A DNA stretch of 49,604 nt, counting the filler, from Jimgerdemannia flammicorona (taxonomy: Eukaryota): NCBI GenBank assembly GCA_003990765.1. It is 2 parts of 2 records of this genome, joined end to end, with 100 filler letters (N's around TTAATTAATTAA, not from the genome) between each part and the next. Parts side by side here need not be neighbours in the genome. Positions count along the whole stretch, not along the records: positions 24,854 to 49,604 come from RBNJ01000931.1; 1 more part is not named here. One strand, given 5' to 3'. The position numbers and the translations under genes were made by a program. The notes beneath the pieces were generated by a model. The model was not told where the DNA came from. It did not search any database and saw nothing but the letters and a program-made list of their open reading frames with translations. Within the stretch, counting starts at the first letter, position 1. Every line of letters begins with the position of its first letter. This document shows, piece after piece, positions 36,201-49,100 of the stretch.

Positions 36201-39167
36201 TCTTTACCATCACTGTCCTCTAGAAGGGCTGGTGGTTTATCATCCTCTTTCTCATTCTTTTCTTGCCTTCCTTATTTTTCAACAGCCTTCTGTCTTCTTT
36301 CATAGTAGATTTACTTGATTCTGCTGATACACTAGTAGCAATAATCAACATGTTTCATATAGTACATCTTGATTCCATGAGGGCAGACTCCTTGTGGTAC
36401 ATATTCTTCAATGATCCTTATGCACTATTCTTCTTTACTAATCTATCTGACTTTCTTCTTCTTTTTCTGAGTAGTCACCATGTAGGCTTCTTCTTGCTTA
36501 CTTTCTTCTTTCTCCATTTCAGGTAGCACTCCTTTGTTGACATTGATAGAAATTCACATCTCCTAACCTTGGTAGATGATCTGTATCTTTCAGGCATTTA
36601 GGTCAATTATTGCCCTGGCTTTATAAAGCTACTGATTGCTGATGAGAATGTCATAGTTGGTAATATTGATTACAATTACATCTACTGAGATTGTTATCCC
36701 TCCAAACTTGATGGGAACATCTCAGATCTTTTCTAGAGATGTGTCTCTTATGCTATCTGCTGTGATAAATACTAATTTGATTGCTTCTTCAATCTCTCAA
36801 CCTAAGCAGTCTACTGCTTTCTTACTGAGGAGATATCTTTCTACTCCAGTATCAATGATGGCCTCAAAGATTCTATCTTTGATTTGACAGGTTATATAGA
36901 CAGATGTCTTGCAATTATCTTTACTCTCTTCTCCTGAGTCTTCTTGAACATTGTTGGTCTTAGTTATCTTCCATTCTTGTTCTTTGGTTATCTCCACAAG
37001 TTTATATCTTATTTACTATCTGAATATGGATATTTCTGCCAGCTGGCCAAAAGTTACATTTATCTTTTATTGATTGAGGTCCTTGAAGATATCATACTTA
37101 AAAGTCTGGTTTTGTAAAGCTTCTTCTCTTTTTCTCCTTTACTAGCTGAGATAGTTTCTCAAATGATATCTTAAACAGTCTGTTCTGGTTCCTTATCTTG
37201 ATCTGTTTCTTCACCTTAGCTTTCTGTAGTAGTTTTCATCTGTTTTTCTAAAGAGTTCTTCTTGAGTCTCCCTGGCAGTCTCTTGTAGGATTCCTTTTAG
37301 ACATCTTTCTTTATAGTCTGTATGGAGTAAGCCTTCTATTCTTCTTCATCTAATTCTCTGATTTCTTTGAAAGTAATAGTATTGACCTATTCCTTATTCC
37401 TTATAGCTTGGTCTCACTCATACATTCATATAAGTAGTGGTCTTCTTCTCTACAAGTATAGCAGATATCTCTCTTCTTGCCTGAGGTGGTAGCAAACTTC
37501 TGAACTGAGCAGTAGTCTCTTCTTCTAATTTTCTTTACCATATCTCTGAGATAGGTAGTCATGTCAGCAAACTTCTTAGTAAGTTCCTGTATAGGGTTGC
37601 TGTTTCTCTATTACTCTGTAGCTCTTATCTGAGGTGTATTTTGATTGATCACTGTGATAGAAATCATACTGGTTGTCTTGGGTGCTTTGATTCTGACTCT
37701 AGTGACTCTTTCTATTATGTGGTCTTGTAGATGTCTGGCTATCCAGTATCACTGGACATAGGTGACCTTTTGTACTAGATCCAGATCTACTGATAATGAG
37801 TAGATGGCCAGGGCTATCTCTAATTGAACTTCTTTTATAAAGGTTGTCTTGGCTACTTAATCTTAGATAGTAGTAGTATAATCTGTAAGAATTATCTGAT
37901 ATCAGATTCTGGTGTCAAATGTGTTTAGATCTTTGCTTATTCCTTGATATATTATATTGAGCTAATCCTTCAGGACTTACTTGATCTTGTCTGTATAATA
38001 GGTGGTTCAGAGCCAGGCCTTCTGTACTGCTAGCATGATATTGTCATCATTTCTCACATATATAGGTTGTAGCTATAAATGCTGCTCTTACTGGTCCTCA
38101 GAGACTGAAGGACATGAGAGCTACTTGCTGTCTTATTGTCAGAGTCCTTACTACAGCATATTACTTAAAGTCATCAATAAATATGATGATCAATTTATCT
38201 GAGGTATATTTATGAAATACTGGTAGTCTTATATCCATCTTGTCTAAATGTCTTGGTTTGATTTGAGTGGTTATTTGAGTAGTAGTGGTCATTTGTTTAT
38301 TCAGCTTCAAAGTGAGGGATTTATCTTGATTATCAGCTAATAGGCACTAAGTTGTAATAAAGCAGACATATAACTATATAAGTATGTTGGGTTTCTGTAT
38401 CTTGAAAACTAGATCTTATTTGACTCTGCAGAGTCCTCAGAATATAGAGGTGGGTGAGTTTGAAGTATATCTGCCTGCAGGCTTATGCTTTATCTTTACT
38501 TTAAACTATTTTGATCTGAGGATTTATTCACTCTAGATACTGGAGATATTTATACAAGTTTGCTAGATATAAGGTGGCTAAGTTATGACTATGTTTTCTA
38601 TGCATTATTCTTTACAAGTGTTAATTCTTGACAACTGTTAAATTTTTGACAATTATCAAAACTTTAATATCTGTAAAATCTCAACATTTGTAAAAAGTTT
38701 AATGTTTGTGAAATTACTGCTATTTGTAAGGCTATACTATATTTGGGAATTAGATTCAGGTACTATGATCAAATATCTATTCTGCTGATTCATATTACTA
38801 ATTTAGATCAATTATTACAATATCTAAATATATATCTTGACCATGATAATTATATTTTCCAAGGGGATGAAATTCTCAGTACTTATATTTAATACAATAC
38901 CTGTATCATTACAGATTTTATTTACTGCAACAGTGACCTTAGAATGATGACATCAGTACAGAAGACAGTCTTTCCTTACAAGCTATCAGATTGGAGTACA
39001 AGAAGATTATATGGCATATGAGATGAGCAATGATGACCAACTGTGAGTCATTGTGATGACAGTATAAGCATCCTGAGGAATATAAAAGAAGGATCAAGGA
39101 ACCACAGTAGCAGCAACCAACAAGACTCACTAATCCCAAAATAGCTCAAAGACTTACCACAAACAAA

Positions 39168-40019
39168 ATGCCTGCTGCTCACCAAACCTCAAGGTTAAGG
39201 AACCACTAAGGCACCTTGGTCAAAGAAAGGATGTTCCAAGACATCAGAAGAGCTATGAGGACCCACACAAGAAGGACTCCTAGTGTCAACCTGAGTACTG
39301 GTGACCCTTATCACTATATTCTCTACTGCTATGAAATGGAAACAAGGATCACCATTGCTACTGAATGCCTCCAAATGTGGCAGGAGTATGAAATAGGAAA
39401 CCTCCTCTGCCAGGAGTTCCCACAGGCCAGCACTCAAGAGCTACAAGATACCACTCCTATGGATATATACGAAATAAGGACAGCTAAGAAGATCCATCAG
39501 ATCTTCAGGCATACACCATGGTCAATCCCCAACTTGGAGTATATTAGAGTCTCAGATTTCAGAGACCTGTCATCCCACCATATTAATGCACTAGAAGCCA
39601 GGGTGGCTACAGAAGCCCAGTCCACTATCACCCTCAATAGTGATGAAGTAGAAGACTTCTGGCATCCCATTCTCTAGGACAATCCAGATCAATTCCTGCA
39701 AGGATTGATCTCAGTATTCCAAGGCCCAAGCATCCAGGTTAGACCTCTCCAATACCCCACATTTGTTCTCTATTTTGTGGAAGAGAACCTCATAGACTAG
39801 AGAGCTCTAGATCTCCTTGTTCCTGATTTCCCCACCACCAAATGTGATGACATCATCAGCAATGACATCATCTCATGTGACATGTGTGAGATACATGACA
39901 AAGCATGCAAAGTATATGAAACACATGACCTACACAATGAGTTTGCAGACCTTATCTCCTTCAAAGACATCCTGACCTCTGATGATGAAGCCTCTATGGT
40001 CCTGAACATTCTGCTCTAA
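39168..40019 (+). pseudogene. LTR-encoded accessory ORF of family E (284 codons, 3 internal stops)
   Basis: ATG 39168 to TAA 40019 in the frame of ORF-track 39216-39677. The YEIGNLL...TAKKIHQIF...IPNL core aligns with the family A LTR ORF and element B ORF3. Confidence 0.72.
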
Positions 40020-40031
40020 GTCTCTTGGTTA

Positions 40032-40190
40032 TACTGAATAATGTCAGCACCAGCATTTGATATAATACTGAATAATGCCAGCACTGGCATTTGATGTAAT
40101 ACTGAATAATACCAGCACCAGCATTTGATGTAATACTGAATAATGCCAGCACTGGTATTCTGATATAACACTGAATTATACCAGCATCCT
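40032..40190 (+). repeat. 34-bp tandem array (~4.6 units) inside LTR E
   Basis: Unit TACTGAATAATRCCAGCACYRGCATTTGATRTAA at 40032, 40066, 40100, 40134 and ~40169. Confidence 0.9.
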
Positions 40191-41133
40191 GAACCTGTAC
40201 AACTATCAGTGCCAACTCTGGAACTTAGCAGTTTTTCCTGTTCTGGCATTTTATTTTAGTTATTGGAATTTATATTTAGCTTTATATCTTAGCAACCATT
40301 GAATTATATTTTGTATAAATATCCCTCTTATTTTCTCTGAAATAAAGTCAGTTCTGGTTTCACTTATACACTCTTCCTTGCAAGCAATCTAAGAGATAAC
40401 AAGACAGTTAAAGATAAGAAGTTTGAGGACTATAAGATCTTGGAAAGGCACTCCAATAAGAACTTGCTTATAATAAATTTGAGTTAGTCTAAGAGATATA
40501 TCTTGAAGAGAATCTGGCATATTTGAAGGACTCAGTGACCACTATGTGACATTACTTAAAATTAAAAAATATATACATATCTGTCACTATGATGATTAAG
40601 AAGAAAGGAATCAAATCATAAGTATTTCTATTAATTTTGAGAGTATTGTTTATACTGCTCTTAGTTTCAAATAAAGGAATAAAGTAAATTTGATAATATA
40701 ATTTCAATAATAGAAATAATCTCAAATATATTTCTATACCTCTATACTAATACTGCAGTCTCTTTATCTCAGGAGATCTGTCTTATAAAATATTATATAT
40801 ATATAAGAGAAAATATAGCATCTTTATGTTTTAATTTAAATAGCAGCTGAAGTTGTTCAATACTAATATCAGAAATTTCTTCTTTTTTCTTCTTAATCTG
40901 AGTATTATAATGAGCAATTTATTTATAATAGGAATACTTGTAAAATGCTAGATTACACTAATATATATTATAAATATTGTAATAAACAGAAAAAGCAATT
41001 TATTTATAATATAAATTATATACTTTTAGATATTATAATAACATATAAATGATGTAAAATAAATTGGCATAAAGTTATATAGATATATATCAACTGGTAA
41101 TTCCAACACTCTCACTCAAGAAGATATATATAC

Positions 41134-44100
41134 TGTAATGTTCCTGGCTCAATAGAGGCAAATTACAAGGTTGAGGGTTGATGTAGTTTAGCTTGAGCCC
41201 CTAGTTACTTTGCCAAAAAGTAATAAAATGTTCTAAGATTCCTGAGGTCCTTGGTGTTTAGTGGTATAATAGTCAAAGCTGGATATCTGCAAGTGATTTA
41301 TATGTTGATTTCCTAATTGGGATGGTTCTCTGGGTATAGCAGTGATTTGTGTGTGAATGGGTTTCCTTCTTAGGTCAACTAGGAATTAGTAGAATTTCAT
41401 GTATAGCACAATGATCTCTGCATGTAATGGTCTGGCAATTTAGCAATTCTCCTTCTTAGGTTGCAGTGATCTCTGTGTGACAATCTCCATGTAGCATGAC
41501 AATTTCCAAAAGTATGTGATTTCTGGTAGATAACTCGATTCAGCTTACTAGAAATAGAGGATGGCATGGGTTCTTCTTACTGGAAATAATACTGGTGGTA
41601 GATTACTCAATAACTCAGACTCACTGGGGACAATGGATAACTCAGATTGGTATAGATAACTCAGATAGCATGGATTCTTCTAAATCAGGCTCTTCTGGGA
41701 ATACAGATAACTTGATAATGGCAGATGATGTGGATACTGTGGAATTGGCAGGCTTCTGGAAAATAACTTGGGTGGTGTGGATTCATCTGAATCGGTGGCT
41801 TCAACTGGGAATACTACTGGCATGGATTCTTTCTGAATCAGCAGCTTTAACTGGGAAACAGCAGTGAAGTTCTTTCTTGAACTTGGGTGGCAAATCTTCA
41901 GGCTTATCTGGCAAGTGAACCAAAAATGGACTCATTCTTTATATCAGAAAGTGGACTGGAGTGGAAGAGAAGGGAACCAAGCTCACAACTTCTTGACAGT
42001 GGCTCATTGACAGGTATATCTCCTAAGTATTGCAATCCTTCCTAGATCAAGTGGCTTTTAGCAGGCATTTCTCCTAAGTGTACCAGACAATTGACTTTTG
42101 CTTTGGTTTGTGTTCAACTTTTGGACTGAGGTTTATTCACTCTTATCTCTGGGGTAATTTATACAAGTTGGTTGCTATCTGGTTACTATGTGGCTAATAT
42201 AGGTTTGCTACTTATGACAGGTGGACAGAGTCTGTATGGTGTACAGGACCTGAATAGTGTACAGAGTCTGTATAGTGTACAGAGTCTGTATAGGTAAACA
42301 GACCCTTTATGGTATATTTGGCTAATTATACAGTTTCTACAGCCAGTTACTATGCTGTGTATTCACATCATCTTGGCTAATTGTTCGTATTATCTGGCTA
42401 AGATATAATTCAGGTAGTATATCTTGGTTTGTTATATCAGCCCCCACTGAAGGATAGTCTGTCCCAGACTGTTCTTTAGTCATCATCCCAATAAGCATAG
42501 GCTGCTTCTGCATCTATGCCTGTTCCATCATCTTCATTATCTGTATTAGGGCTGAAGCTCAACTAGTAGAGAGTCTCCAGGCTCTGAGGTTGAGGTGTGG
42601 CCATCTGGCTCCAGTAGAGGGGTCTCAGAGATAATTGATCCCTCTTCTTCCTGTAGGGTCTAGGGCTTCTATGAAGTTGGTGGTATCTTTGGCCCATCCT
42701 TGGCGGGTTGCATGTCTGATGAGAGCTAGAATGTCTTCTCCTAAATTATAGATCTTGAGGGTCCTTTTTTCTGGCTTTTTAGTCTGACTTTTTCGGATCT
42801 GGCTTTGGTTATCTCCTTTCTTCAAAGTGTGAACTGCAACATCATGACTGAGATGGATATTCTGATACCTGCAGTCTCAGCAGTCTGGGTGTCTTCCAAG
42901 GTTACAATATTCCATTACTTTAAAATGATGTTCCCAGTTATTGATCTTTTGTTGTTTTGGGAATTAGTACCCATCTTGGTCATAAGTGGGTGGAAGAGTA
43001 GACAAGGGATATATTTCAGTCTGAGTGAAGAAACCTTGTCCCCTGAATTGGCTTTACAACTTGGTGGTAACTTCTTGGAAGATAGTTGACTGTACAAGTA
43101 TGTTCAGGAGTTCTGGTCTCTAGGGTCTCTATCTCTTCTGTTGGTCCAATAAATGGCACTGATAGCAGTAGTCTTAGGGAGAGTGGAAGATCATTTGGTG
43201 TGGACATCTTTCTAACCAAAAAGTCTTTTCTTGGTGAGTCTCTTTCTTTGAGATAATGGTGATTATGCTGGGTTCTTCTTCCATATTCCAGGGGTCATTA
43301 TCTTCAGGTGGTGTCCAGTGAGAATTATCCCAGAGAATGAGTTCAGGGACCTCTTCTTCTTCAGGTGCTTCTTGTTCAGGGACTTCTTGGTCAGAAGTTT
43401 CTTCTTCCTCAGATGATTCTTGACCCCAAATTACTTATACTTCTGCCACTTCGGTTGCAGTTGTTTCTGGAACATGTCTGCATTTTTTTTTCTTCCTTTG
43501 GCATTCTGGGCAGGCTGTGCCAGGCGATTTCCTTGTTTCCATGATCTTGGAGGAATGCTCAGAACACTTGTGTCTCTTGAGGCAGATAGGACATCCTTTG
43601 GCTTCTCCTGCAATAGCTCCAATGGTGATAGGGATAATGTTTTTGGCCCACACATTGTCTTCTGGTCTGTCATCTACCAGGTTAATTTGGGGATTGAGTC
43701 TGGGATCATTTCTGTCTTCAGATTCTTCTTCCTCTTCTGTAGTAGACTCTTCACTGCTGGCATATTCTTCCTAAATAGTGACCTTCTTTTTCTTCTTCGA
43801 TTGCTCATAGCTGGTTATCTTAACTCTGTACTTCTTGCCTCTATAGTCAAACTTGAATACCTGTTGATCAATATCAATAACTGCATTCATTTCCTTCATC
43901 CAGTTGGTACCAAGAATCATGTCTTAAGTGACAGCTTTGGTGACAACAGCTTTTGGGATGGAGAACTGAATGTGTCCAAGGGAGATAGTGATATTTCATA
44001 CTTCTCCAAGAGGTTGAGTTCAGGCTCCATCTGCTACTATGATGCTAAGATTGGATGATCCATCAATAGGCCATTAGAGGGTGTCCAGGAATAATTTGGC

Positions 44101-47100
44101 AATGACACAGATAGCTACTCCAGTGTCTATGAGGATTTTCACCTTTTGTCCTCCAATATCTCTATGTAGGTAGGTGCTGACATGTCTTTCCACTGCTTGG
44201 ACAGAGATAGAAACTGGTTCTTGCTGTGGGATTGGAACTCGGCCAGTACTAGACCTGGTTGTTCTCAGCAATTTGTTTTGGACTCCAGCTGGTGTCAGTT
44301 ACAGGAACTGCAGGAGAGGGACTTCCATATTGGCCTCTTGGATCTTCTGCCAGACTTCATTATAGATGTCTCTAGGCATGGTCTTTGGGGTGTACTTTTT
44401 CTTGGGCTTTGGGGCAATAGGTTTCTGTTCTTCTTGTTCTATTTCTTCATCTTCTGGTGGTAACTCATTTGTCTCAGGGACAAAAGGTGAGGGGGTTCAG
44501 AGAGGTGTTTCTACTTATTCTTCCTCATGTTTTTCATCTTCCTCTTGGATAGTTCTTCTGCTGACGTTTCTGGATGGCCTTCCTACAGGTCTCTTCCTTT
44601 TCTCTGCTGGGTAAACTGTTTTCCAGATAGTAACCTTGGTAGGATACAAGTCTAGGTCACTGTAGTCTTCACTGTTGCTTGCTTCTTCAAAATCGTCATT
44701 CAGTCTTCTTATACTGAGTGTCATTCCTTCAGTTTGGTGGTTCTGAGTCCCTTCAGTCACTTCTTTTGATGTCACATTTGGTAATATAGTGTCCAAATTA
44801 TCCACAGTAGAAGCATTGGACTTGAGCTATATCTTGGGCAGGATATCTTCTCTCTTCTTACTGATAACTCCTGTTATCTCTGGGTGGATAACCTTGGCTC
44901 CTCTGTGGTGGGTATCCTCCATTGTCTTGGTAGCTCCAGTTTTTATGTGTAGTGAGTTTTTCAATCTGTCCAACCAATCAGTCCAACTTGGAGCTGAGGT
45001 CTTGGATTTTACTTCTGTCCTTCTTTCCTTTCTTAGCTGGCCTTCTTTCTTTAGATCTTTCTTGTCCTTAAAGGAGTCCTTGTAGGGCTTTGACCAGGAT
45101 GTCTTCTTTATCTTCTTTCTTGTCATGATCACTCTAAGTAGTTCCTTGTCTGACATCAAAGAATCCTTGGGCTATATCTACTTGCTCTTTGGACCTTCTG
45201 ATGCCTAAGGTGCAGACATAGGGCAATGTTTGGGGGAATTCCATTCATGAAGATCATTGGACCAATGATGTCCTGGTTGGTGGCATTGAACCCGGCAGTA
45301 TGCATTCTTTTCTGAATTCTTGTGAAGAAGGCTCTGGGTGATTCTCCAAGATTCATCTTCATTCCTATGATGGATTCTTGAGCCTTGTAGTGGGTTTCAT
45401 TTCCTACATACTTTTCAATGAGCCAGTGGACCATGGCCTCATATTTTAGCTCATAAGACATTGCTGCTTGTATCTGTCTTACCAGTTCTGAATCTGGATT
45501 ATTTACTGTTCAATGGAAAATTCCTCTGGCTGGTTCTCTGAGCTGGGCCTTGTAGATAGCAATTTTTCTTTTATCTGAGAGATTTCTCAGGGCTGTAATT
45601 CCTTCAATTCCATTAAGGAATTCTCTGGGGTCTTCTTCCAGGTATCCTGCAAAGGTTGGCAATGATCATCACTTTCTTCTGATTCTGGTTCAAGTTCAGA
45701 TTCTGATTCTGATTCACTTTCTGAACTGTTACTGGAGATGGGGGTGCTTGGGTATCTTGGGGATGGTGTTCTGGACCTTGGACAAAGTGGAATAAGCCTA
45801 GGTATTCTTGTAGGAGCTACTTCTAACTCTGCAAGAGGTTGTGGTAAAGGTTCTATTGGTGAGATTGATGGGACTAGTATGGGGCATCTGGCTTTAAGGT
45901 CTCGGGTTTGTGTGATCAGATCTTCTAGTTCTTGTGCAAGTTCTTTGAAATCTCTAGCAGGGCTGCCTATATTGTCTGGTTGATCTGGTTGAGGATTTTG
46001 GGCTGTACTGCCTTCTGGTTGGGATCCTTCTGATGCTGGATAGTTGGTGAGTCTTGATGTAATTACTTCTCTTCCTGTCCAGATGCTGGTAATAACTGAT
46101 TCTCCTGTAGTGGCAGAGGTTGGTGTTGTATCAAATGTATCCAGTTTGACTGTGGGTTCTTGTGAGCTGAAAAGTCACATTGATTTTGAAATCTTTCCAG
46201 TTGAGTTCCCAAATGTAATGTGCCTGGCTCAATGGAGGCAAATTACAAGGTTGGGGGTTGATGTAGTTTTGCTTGAGCTTCCAGTTACTTTGTCAAAAAG
46301 TAATAAAATGTTCTAAGATTCCTGAGGTTCTTAGTGTTTAGTGGTATAATAGTTAAAGCTGAATATCTGTGAGTAATTTGTATGTGGATTTCCTAATTGG
46401 GATGTTCTCTGTGTGTAGTGGCAATTTGTGTGTGAATGGGTTTCCTTCTTGGGTCAACTAGGAATTGTTAGAATTTTATGTATAGTGCAATAATCTCTCC
46501 ATGTGATGGTCTGGCAATTTAGCAGTTCTCCTTCTTGGGTGGCAGTGATCTCTATATGATAATCTCTATGTAGCATGATAATTTTCAAAAGTATGCGATT
46601 TCTGGTAGATAACTTGATTCAGCTCACTGGGAATAGAGGATGGTATGAGTTCTTCTTACTGGGAATAATACCAGTGGTAGATTACTCAATAACTCAGGCT
46701 CACTGGGGACAATAGATAACTCGGATTGGTATAGATAACTTGGATGGCATGGATTCTTCTAAATTGGGCTCTTCTGGGAATATGGATAACTTGATAATGG
46801 TAGATGATATGGATTCTCTGGAATCAGCAGGCTTCTGGAAAATAACTCAGGTAGTGCAGGTTTATCTGAATTGGTAGCTTCAACTGGGAATACTACTGGC
46901 ACAGATTCTTCCTAAATCAGCAGCTTCAACTGAGAAATGGTGGTGAAGTTCTTCCTTGAACTTGAGCAGCAAATCTTCAGACTTATCTGGCAAGCAAACC
47001 AAAAATGGACTCATTCTTTGTATTGGAAAGTGGACTGAAGTAGAAGAGAAGAGAACCAAGCTCACAACTTCTTGGCAGTGGCTCATTGGCAGGCATATCT

Positions 47101-47524
47101 CCTAAGTATTGCAATCCTTCCTGGATCAAGTGGCTTTTGGTAGACATTTCTCCTAAGTGTACCAGATAATCGACTTTTGCTTTGGTTTATATTCAACTTT
47201 CAGACTGAGGTTTATTCACTCTTATCTCTGGGGTAATTTATACAAGTTGGTTGCTATCTGGTTACTATGTAGCTAACTATAGGTTTACTACTTATGGCAG
47301 ATATACAGAGTTTGTACAGTGTACAGGACCTGTACAGTATATAGAGTCTGTACAGTTTACAGAGTCTGTATAGGTAAACAGACCCTTTAAGTATATTTGG
47401 CTAATTATACAGTTTCTGCAGCAATGGTTGCCAGTTACTATGCTGTGTGTTCATGTCATCTTGGCTAATTGTTCGTGTCATCTGGCTAAGGTATAAATCA
47501 GATGGTATATCTTGGTTTGTTACA
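41134..47524 (-). mobile_element. Non-autonomous gypsy-like LTR element C (gag + protease, no RT/RNaseH/IN)
   Basis: Paired ~1.3-kb LTRs (41134-42436, 46214-47524) with 4-bp TSD ATAC. Decayed tRNA-Pro-like PBS (TGGGAACTCAACTGG) and PPT (AGTGGGGG). Gag PTFAGYLEEDPREFL ~45660 and LGESPRAFFTRI; protease VKILIDTGVAICVI ~44130. The 3.8-kb interior has no RT motifs. Confidence 0.88.
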
Positions 47525-48261
47525 ATACCAAACTCCCCAAAAAAAATGTCAACTATATCTAAAAAAAAAAAAAATACAGACTAGAATAAAAAACAATATA
47601 TAATATATCCAAAAACTAGAACTGCATATAATCCAAATTACTATTATAAAATCCTATATCTAAGAAATTTTCATAGATCAAAAAGAATTCTGAAATATCT
47701 GAAATACTAACTAAAAAAAAAATGCAATATATATAATTAGCTTGTAGATGAGAAATATCAATATATATGTAATATAAGGCTTTTAATAGTCTGAAAAGTA
47801 TCTTGCTTCAGTCATCATATCTATTGTGGCATCGGTTATGTATATAATGAACTTCAACTGCATGGCTCAATGTGTGCCACTGGTGAAGCATGTGATGGAT
47901 AACTGAATGTGTTGGTGACGTTTGCGGCGGTTACGGGTCGATGGTCATGTGATCGGCTCATTCGATTCATGCGATAACTGATAATAGCGGGAGTTCGTTC
48001 GTCGATGGCTCAATTGTTTAGTGGATAAGGGCGGTGAACTTGAATTTATGCGGCGACAACGGGCTTGCTCTTTATGCGGTCAATTAAAGTGGTCCATGGT
48101 GCAGTAGGTCAGGAATCGGTCGATGGCTCGCTCGTCCGTCTTGTTTAACTTGAAAGGGTCCTGGCGGTCATTCGGGTCTTTGGCAGTGGGTCAGTTTTTG
48201 GCGGTCTAGTATCCTTTGGCTGGGTATCCTTGGGTTCCTTGGTTTTCCGGGTCTTGAATCT

Positions 48262-48420
48262 CGAATGGCGGTCGAATGGCGGTGGTCCGAATGGCGGTCG
48301 AATGGCGGTGGTCCGAATGGCGGTCTGAATGCGCATTCCAAATGGTGGTTTGGTCTTGAATCCTTGGCTGGGTCTCGGGTCTCGAATGGCGGTCTGAATG
48401 GCGGTCCAAATGGCAGTCTG
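48262..48420 (+). repeat. GAATGGCGGT-based short tandem repeats in LTR D
   Basis: At least seven GAATGGCGGT(C/G) units. Confidence 0.85.
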
Positions 48421-48754
48421 GTCTTGAATCCTTTTCGTGGCGGCGGTCTTATAATGTTTTCTTTCTTTCCATGGCAAGAGAAAATTCTTTAACTCAAACC
48501 TCGAGCGATCGTTGCTCTAGTTATCTTGTTCTCAGACTTTATCTGGTCTCTTGGAGGCAGTGATTTCTTTGTAAACTAGAACTGACTGAGGTTTATTCAC
48601 TCTAAGAATATGGGTTATTTATACAAGTTTGCTAGCTATGGGGGGGGGCGCAACTAAGGCTAACATATACTACGTTGTGGTGAACTTTGCTATGCTATTG
48701 GCTTGCACGATGCGTGGTGCAGACTATTTGTTTACTATAGATTGGGTTGTAGGG

Positions 48755-49100
48755 GATAGTAACGCTGGATTCGGATGAGCAGGCAGGAGTGCTGACTGTT
48801 GCCAGAAATGGTTGTGAAGGGTAGCAATGCTGAAAATGGGTGTTGCTGACTTGCTGACAAGAATGCTGAAAATGGTGGTACTGGATAGCAACACTGGATT
48901 TGGACTTGCTGACAAAACGCTGAAAACGGTTGTGCTGGGTAGCAACGCTGGATTCGGATGGGCTGACATGATACGATGGTTGTTGCCAGAAGTGGTTGTG
49001 GAGGGTGGCAACGCTGAATTCGGACCTGCTGACAAAAATGCTGAAAATGGTAGTACTGGGTAGCAATGCTGAATTTGGACTTGCTGACAAAACGCTGAGT
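48755..49100 (+). repeat. Degenerate tandem array (~55-60 bp units) in LTR D
   Basis: Recurring TAGCAAC/TGCTG.ATT.GGA..TGCTGACA..AATGCTGAAAATGG modules. Confidence 0.8.

Larger units (their letters stand above)
32187..38819 (-). mobile_element. Complete but decayed Ty3/gypsy element B: LTR-gag-PR-Zn module-dUTPase-RT-RNaseH-IN-ORF3-LTR
   Basis: Paired ~468-bp LTRs (32187-32655, 38353-38819). CYTCREEDHYLYEC knuckle ~37420-37465; IIDTG protease ~36850; SPWASPV / LDLYSGFYQI / YVDD RT at ~35050-35500; TDAS RNase H ~34700; NGQVERTNKTLK integrase ~33650. TSD not confirmed. Confidence 0.93.
38926..40551 (+). mobile_element. Probable solo LTR (family E, 1626 bp) containing an ORF
   Basis: TG...CA termini flanked by TTAC on both sides (4-bp TSD). 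Internal order: ORF, 34-bp tandem array, TTGTATAAAT (~40311), AATAAA (40341). Confidence 0.65.

Noticed and set aside
40032..40190. Regular 34-bp repeats resembling a CRISPR array
   Set aside because: Units are contiguous with no unique spacers, there are no cas genes, and the context is a eukaryotic LTR.
43420..44058. 212-aa hydrophobic plus-strand ORF, possible env or membrane protein
   Set aside because: Antisense to the A-rich protease/acidic region of element C; the hydrophobicity comes from T-rich codons.
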